A DNA stretch of 63,995 nt, the filler included, from Folioceros fuciformis (Eukaryota), in the NCBI GenBank assembly GCA_049999805.1. It is 5 parts of 5 records of this genome, joined end to end, with 100 filler letters (N's around TTAATTAATTAA, not from the genome) between each part and the next. Parts side by side here need not be neighbours in the genome. Positions count along the whole stretch, not along the records: positions 55,380 to 60,909 come from JBNGIO010005681.1; positions 61,010 to 62,830 come from JBNGIO010005686.1; positions 62,931 to 63,995 come from JBNGIO010005837.1; 2 more parts are not named here. One strand, written 5' to 3'. The notes beneath the pieces were generated by a model. That model searched no databases, was not told the origin of the DNA, and saw nothing but the letters and a program-made list of their open reading frames with translations. Both the position numbers and the translations under genes were made by a program. This document shows positions 58,073 to 63,995 of this stretch, piece by piece. How positions within the stretch are numbered: position 1 is the first letter of the stretch; each line of letters starts with the position of its first letter.

Positions 58073-59434
58073 TCAGACGGTGGGATGGAACGATGATGCC
58101 TGGGCAGCCCCGGACTGAGTGATGTTGAAGTTGTGCACCAGCAGGCGCTCGTAGTCGCTCACGTAAGTCTGGCCGTTCACCACGCCTCCTGCCGCGCTGC
58201 CGTCGGTGGGCACGCCCTTCCCGTCGAAGCGAAGGTAGACGTTGGGGAACTCGGACGGCGGGTACAGCATCTTCAGCGAGTAGCTGCCAACGCTCGACGA
58301 GTCGCTGGGGGCGTTCACCTGCAGCAGCCACTTGGCGTTGTTGGAAATCTCCGGCAGCGCGCTGGTGCGGCCGATTCCGTTGGGGTGGAACGTGGTTCCG
58401 GGCTGAGGCTCCTGCCCCGGGAACACCGTCGGGTCCAGCGTCACGTACAGCCCGCTGTCCATAGACCTGAGAACCACCGCCAGCTGCGATCCAACGTTCC
58501 CCTCTTCCGCCGGGATCAGCTCGTACGTCAGCGACGCCTCCCCCCGGGTCGCGCTCCACTTGAGCGCCACCAGGCCCCCAACTCCGTCGGCGGCCAGGGT
58601 AGACGCGTCCGTGTACAGGTAGGTGCTGGGAAACTGCAGAGACTCCACTGTGGAGTCCTGGTAGATGGGAAGGGGAGGTGGTGGGCTGGGCGGAGGTGGG
58701 CTGGGAGGAGGTGGGCTCGGAGATGGGGGAGGTGGGCTGGGTGGAGGTGGGCTAGGAGGAGGTGGGCTAGGAGGAGGTGGGCTAGGAGGAGGTGGGCTAG
58801 GTGGAGGTGGAGGTGGGCTGGGAGGAGGTGGGCTAGGTGGCGGTGGAGGTGGGCTGGGAGGAGGTGGGCTGGGCGTGGGGACGTAGGGAATCACGTTGAA
58901 CACGGTGGCGCCGTCCTTGGAGGAGGAGGAGGTGAAGGTCAGGCAGTACAAGATGTTGGTGGTGCTGCAGATCTTGTAGCGCGAGCTCTTGTCGATGGAG
59001 TAGAACCACCAGCGGCCGAACAGGGGGTTGGGTCCGATCTGGAGGTTGAAGCCCTCCTTGACGAGGAAGGGCACAGGGGCCACGTACGTGATGTACTTGC
59101 CGGTGGCCGGGTTCTTGATGTACACGGAATTGTCCAGCAGGCCGCCGATGATGTACTGCTCCAGCTCCCACAAGGTGCTGGTGTCGGTACTGCTGGTGGT
59201 GTAGGACACAGTGTCGCCGTAGCCGCTCAGGTATGCCGGGGGGGACTCGAGCTTGATCTGGATTCTTCCGTTACCGACGATGCTGACGATGTCCACAATC
59301 TCGTAGCTCGCGGCAAGGGCGCTCGGCGCCTGCAGCAGCGCGCCCAGGCAGGTGCAGGCCAGCAGTAGCGCTAGCGCGGGCAGGAGCCGTGGCGACGTGA
59401 CATCGGTGGGGGCCGAGCCCCGGGCTCGCGCCAT
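58073..59434 (-). CDS. Secreted chimeric protein, 453 aa: signal peptide, ricin-B-like beta-trefoil, (Ser-Pro4-6)n extensin linker and fascin/AbfB-like beta-trefoil; CDS intronless, probable 5'UTR intron 59437-59624
   Basis: Hydrophobic leader LLPALALLLACTCLGALL. N-domain YIKNPATGKYI / WWFYSIDKSSRYKICSTTNILYCL / DGATV. About 13 SPPP(P) units. The C-domain has internal repeats ESLQFPSTYLYTD..GGLV and SEFPNVYLRFDGKGV...GGVVNGQ. Confidence 0.8.
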   Translation of the reverse strand: MARARGSAPTDVTSPRLLPALALLLACTCLGALLQAPSALAASYEIVDIVSIVGNGRIQIKLESPPAYLSGYGDTVSYTTSSTDTSTLWELEQYIIGGLLDNSVYIKNPATGKYITYVAPVPFLVKEGFNLQIGPNPLFGRWWFYSIDKSSRYKICSTTNILYCLTFTSSSSKDGATVFNVIPYVPTPSPPPPSPPPPPPSPPPPSPPPPPPSPPPPSPPPPSPPPPSPPPPSPPPPSPSPPPPSPPPPSPPPPLPIYQDSTVESLQFPSTYLYTDASTLAADGVGGLVALKWSATRGEASLTYELIPAEEGNVGSQLAVVLRSMDSGLYVTLDPTVFPGQEPQPGTTFHPNGIGRTSALPEISNNAKWLLQVNAPSDSSSVGSYSLKMLYPPSEFPNVYLRFDGKGVPTDGSAAGGVVNGQTYVSDYERLLVHNFNITQSGAAQASSFHPTV

Positions 59435-61009
59435 CCCTGCGAGACATTACAGTCGTCACGCTTGGTTTGCGAGCCTACATCGGAAACTAACACCACCAGC
59501 ACTCTCGAAAGAATCGAATCCAAGCGATTCGCGAAACATGATAAATTCACGACGCTTAGATGTGGGATTCGAGACTCATCACAAGTCCGGAGACTTGGAG
59601 CGGGAAGCAAAATTCACGACTCACCTGACCGCTGGAGCTGATCCGGGGGAAGGGATGGGTCCTCGAGCTGCAAGTCTGTCACTGTAGAATGCTGCTCACC
59701 ACCCTTTGTAGATGATCAGGAGTCGCGCGCACCGCCGGTGCATGCATTATTGGAGATATCCCCATGGCGGGGCAGGTCGTACGACTGCACAAAGTTGGTT
59801 TTTTCTTTTGCCACAGAATAGAAGACGACAGGCGCTGGTACTGTAAAGACGCAGTTTAATATTCCTGCATGCGCACTATCAACTGGGGGCAGGCAGACGC
59901 TATGACGGAGATAAGGCAGCTGTGCCCGCTGCACACCCTCTGGTCCACTCCTCGAGCCATGAAAAAAGTTCGGGCCTGGCAACAGACTTCAGGTAAGGTA
60001 CTCGCTATGAAGACCATCCTTTCCAGTTGGTTCACGCCATTGGCTATGCACGGCCGGCCGATCGAGACAAGAGCGGAATCGTGTCAGCATCTACAGACTG
60101 GAGTTGCTTACTTTTCCAAGCTGAGTTTTCCCGGCAGAAGGCAAGTTTGAATGCAAAATCTGTTGCTGCAGTTGAAGGAAATGAAACAGTTTGCTTCAAC
60201 TTTCAGATGATCTGGATTGATGTGCATCTTGAACGCAAGTCCAGGTCACTGCAATCTGTTCTCTGGCCAGTGTCAGGGCAGAGTCCGAAATCCACTTACT
60301 CTGCGCACCAGCACTGCAGCTCTTGGAGTCTCGTCATTTTCAGAGTAATGCTTCTGTGAAAGGCGCCATCACACTGTTCTGACTGTTCCCAATCCTCTCA
60401 CGGGTACGCTGCCAGCTTCAAGTTGCATTCGTCCCTTTCTGTGATCGAATTAGGGTAATTATGTAGTGGTGCGTTTGCAATCTGCATTCGGAAACGCGGT
60501 TGGAGATGCAACGAAACATGATTCGTACGCTCCGAGGAGCTCGCACAACTACGGAGACCTCAGCCTCCCAGTGCTCCCACGCTTCCAGTCTACGGCGTGC
60601 CGAATGCTCGCGACACGGACCGGTGCACGAAAGGAATTTTCCATTGTTTTTTTACCCCATAATATGGCAAAGTTTTAAATAAACCTGGCCTCCACCACGC
60701 TCGTCCTCTGGTGGACGCGCAGGAGCACCCGGCCATGTACTTGGACCACGCGCACCCTTCCTTCTTCTAACTGACACATTCACGCACACTTTTATAAGAA
60801 CTTCAAGAGTAAGCATCATGCGTAAGGGGAAGAAGGGGCGAGGCGACCGGGTGCAAATCGTACAAAGGTGGGTGCCTGACTGCGGAAGGCAGTGAGGTAT
60901 ACCATGGTGNNNNNNNNNNNNNNNNNNNNNNNNNNNNNNNNNNNNNNNNNNNNTTAATTAATTAANNNNNNNNNNNNNNNNNNNNNNNNNNNNNNNNNNN
61001 NNNNNNNNN

Positions 61010-62830
61010 GTAATAATATTCTCATATAAGAACTTGGCCACTGTACTGGCATTATCCGTTCGTGTGGCAACAGCTTCCGCCCATTTTGTAACATAATCGG
61101 TGGCAACTAAAATATAACGTTTCTGACCATCACGAGAAGCTGGTGCAATTGGTCCTACGAAGTCAATACCCCATTTTTCAAATGGAGCCTGCGCTAAAAT
61201 TGGTACTAAGGGCATTGCAGACGAACCAGTTGGTCGACCAATTCTCTGACATGGGTCGCAACGGCGAACATATTGATGTGCATCCGCAAACAGTGTCGGC
61301 CACCAATATCCGGCCATTAGGGCTTTTCGTGCCGTACTCTCTCCTGCAAAGTGACCTCCGCAACTATCTAAATGACATCCCTCAAGAATCAATGGAACTT
61401 CACTTTGAAAAATGCAGCGTCGCAGCACTCCATCACGTCCTTGCTTATATAAAACGTTTCCAATTAGCGTATAAGGAGCACTTTTCAATATCAAATTTTG
61501 TTTCATTTTCGCGCTATAAGTATCAGGAAAAGTTTGGAACGATAGGTACTGCATGAGATCGCTATACTCATTACTGATAATGTCAACAGCAAACAACATA
61601 CCATCCGGTAAAGCATCGGGAATGGGTTCGGTACCCATATCATTGGAGAGTCTTGACAAATGGTCGGCATTTTTATGGGCTTTCCCAGGTCGAACTTTAA
61701 TAGTAAAATTGAATTCTTGCAATAACAAAACCCAACGGGCAATTCGACCACTCAATTGAGGCTTCGTAATCATATATTTCAATGCGTCATGATCCACATG
61801 AAATACAAAAGGATAACCCAATAAATAATGACGAAATTTTTGAACAGAATAAATCATACCCAACGCCTCACGTTCCGTAGTGCTGTAATTGCGTTCTGCC
61901 GCAACCAGTTGTCGACTAGCAAAATAAATCGGGTGATCAAAATCCTTGTCATCTTTCTGACTCAAGACTGTGCCAATTGCAACATTAGATGCATCAACAT
62001 AAACATGGAATAATTGGGTCCAATTTGGAGCAACCAAAATTGGGGATGTTACCAAACGGCGTTTCAATTCCTCAAAAGCCACAGTACATTCTTTAGTCCA
62101 AACAGGACTAGTACCATCAGCAGTTTTCTTCAATAAATTGGTAAGGGGTTGGCCAATAACAGCAAATGACCGAATAAATCGTCGATAGTAACTAACATGA
62201 CCTACAAACCCCCGTACTCCTGTAACAGTGTCTGGTCTCGGCAAATTCAAAATTTTAGTCACTTTATCGGGATCAGTAGCAATCCCTGCAGAGGAGACAA
62301 TATGTCCTAAAAGTTTTCCAGACGGTACACCGAGCTGACATTTTTCCGAATTCAACGAAATACCATTTTGTGCACATTGATCCAAACACTCTCCCAACCG
62401 ATCTAAATGGTCCGCACGCTTACTGAATGTACAGAAATCATCGAGAAAAATCTCCATAGATACACGTAAATACTTTTGAAAAGCTTGCGTCATCACTCGC
62501 TGGAAAGTAGCGGGAGCATTACACAATCCAAAGGGCATTACTGTATAAGCAAAAGTACCCCAATCAGTAGTAAACGTAGTCTTTAATTGGTCGTCTCTGG
62601 CCAATTTCACCTGATTGTAACCAGAAAATCCATCCAGAAAAGAATAACACTCATGTCCAGCTACCGCATCCAATATACTATCCGTAAATGGTAATGGAAA
62701 GTAATCCTTTTTAGTAGCAGCATTCAATTTCCGATAGTCTTGGCAGATTCTAATTTTTCCATTCTTCTTGGGAACCATTACAATTGGCGATACCCATTCA
62801 CTGTAAGGAACCGGATAAATAAAACCCACC
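61010..62830 (-). mobile_element. Ty3/Gypsy pol segment (RT, RNase H, integrase), open frame across the whole contig
   Basis: WVSPIVMVPKKNG, LDGFSGYNQ, MPFGLCNAPATFQR, FLDDF, DASNVAIG, NYSTTEREAL, HHCC zinc finger and WGIDFVGP; RT-RH-INT order. Confidence 0.95.
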
Positions 62831-63325
62831 NNNNNNNNNNNNNNNNNNNNNNNNNNNNNNNNNNNNNNNNNNNNTTAATTAATTAANNNNNNNNNNNNNN
62901 NNNNNNNNNNNNNNNNNNNNNNNNNNNNNNTGACTGCAAAGGAAGAGCTGGACGCAAACCAGGTGAAGGGGCGGACACAGTTGATCCTACAGCTACTGAA
63001 GTCAACGCTAAACGAGCTAATGATTCAGCCAAGGTATCAAGATCAAGGTCCTCATCCATTCACCAAGCAGCACAGACACAACCAGCCTGGTGAGTCTATG
63101 CTGTGAATTCTGTTCCATGGCTGACTAAACGAGAGGTAAGACACAGAACAGTCACCATAAAAACGAAACAAAACGAAACGACAAAACTCAAGTTAGTTTG
63201 CCCGCCACCGGAAACCTAACTTAACGTTTCGTTTCGTTTCAGCAGTCCGTCGAGGCCAGCAACTGAAGCAGCAACCTCACGCGCGCGACGCTCCAGATCT
63301 GGACCTTCAATCGCACGGGCTGCTA

Positions 63326-63823
63326 CTAGATGTGCCTGGGCATCGGCACGCGGGCTGAAGGGGAATCCGGCGCCGCTGAGGAACGCATGGAACACGTACA
63401 AATCCAATTCTGTGGTGAATTATGACTTGTATTCTGTGTCTTTGCTCGTTCTCCACTCAGGGCTGCAATCTTCAACGATAGCTCATCTAGCTGCAGCGCC
63501 TCAACCCGTTGATTCTCCAGAACTCGCAGTAACAAGGATACAGCAGTGTCAAGCCGGGTAATCAAATGCTGTAGTGTTGGAATTGCCACCTTGCTCCTGG
63601 ATTTCTTCTTACAGAAAAATCGCTGAAATTGAGAATGCAGAAAAGCTCTCTCTTTCTCTCCAGAATATGCTGGTGGATAATAATTCCTCAGGTATGTGGC
63701 TGGCCTATTAGGTGCACGAAATGGCTCAGGCCTTTCTGACATACAATTTTTATGAGAAAAATGTCTCATCAAAAATTGTGGCAATGGCTCATATGAATAC
63801 CGTTGCCTGCCTCGAGCCATCAC
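63326..63823 (-). CDS. Small hypothetical ORF with a coiled-coil segment, possibly a retroelement leader ORF
   Basis: 165-aa open frame. MMARGRQR start and LDTAVSLLLRVLENQRVEALQLDELSLKIAAL heptads loosely resemble the 46227-46784 ORF. Confidence 0.3.
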   Translation of the reverse strand: MMARGRQRYSYEPLPQFLMRHFSHKNCMSERPEPFRAPNRPATYLRNYYPPAYSGEKERAFLHSQFQRFFCKKKSRSKVAIPTLQHLITRLDTAVSLLLRVLENQRVEALQLDELSLKIAALSGERAKTQNTSHNSPQNWICTCSMRSSAAPDSPSARVPMPRHI

Positions 63824-63995
63824 AAATCCTGACAGAAAACACTACACATCCGACTACCCATCAAAAGATTGGACACTATCCAAACATCCGGAAAATCATA
63901 ATCCTGTACTCTTATGACTACATAAAATAATGCATAAGAAACATGGAAAATCCAACTTAAGACGTGCTAATTACAAACACCATCCCAAGATCCTA

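Noticed and set aside
58133-59368. 411-aa plus-strand ORF with RRWA/RWAG repeats, and the Gly-rich ORF 58665-58886
   Set aside because: Antisense shadows of the GC-rich Ser-Pro-coding gene on the minus strand.

Overview
Eukaryotic land-plant nuclear sequence. Compact genes with introns mostly about 70-270 nt, an XIP aquaporin and TTTAGGG repeats suggest a non-seed plant such as a hornwort, but this is inference. The window is built from several contigs joined by N-linkers carrying an artificial TTAATTAATTAA. Recognisable host genes: an 11-exon OEP61 TPR receptor, ENY2/SUS1, an LEA/LTI65-like hydrophilin, an XIP aquaporin, a short SYP5-type Qc-SNARE, and an intronless secreted chimera of a ricin-like beta-trefoil, an extensin linker and a fascin-like beta-trefoil. 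The most unusual block is 5.6-16 kb. It holds a tandem array of intronless alpha-kinase genes (a full coiled-coil + vWA + alpha-kinase gene, a decayed copy and a kinase-only copy), bracketed by two direct-repeat modules that each carry a RING-H2 ORF and a degenerate RPA-like ORF. The rest is TE-rich. It includes an inverted pair of Gypsy-like 3' ends, nested Copia elements, a PIF/Harbinger relic and a Gypsy pol contig. A MULE-SWIM transposase pseudogene is interrupted by a solo LTR and by a very young Copia (identical 200-bp LTRs, 5-bp TSD, extra upstream ORF), and a short telomere-repeat tract sits at one TE-TE junction.
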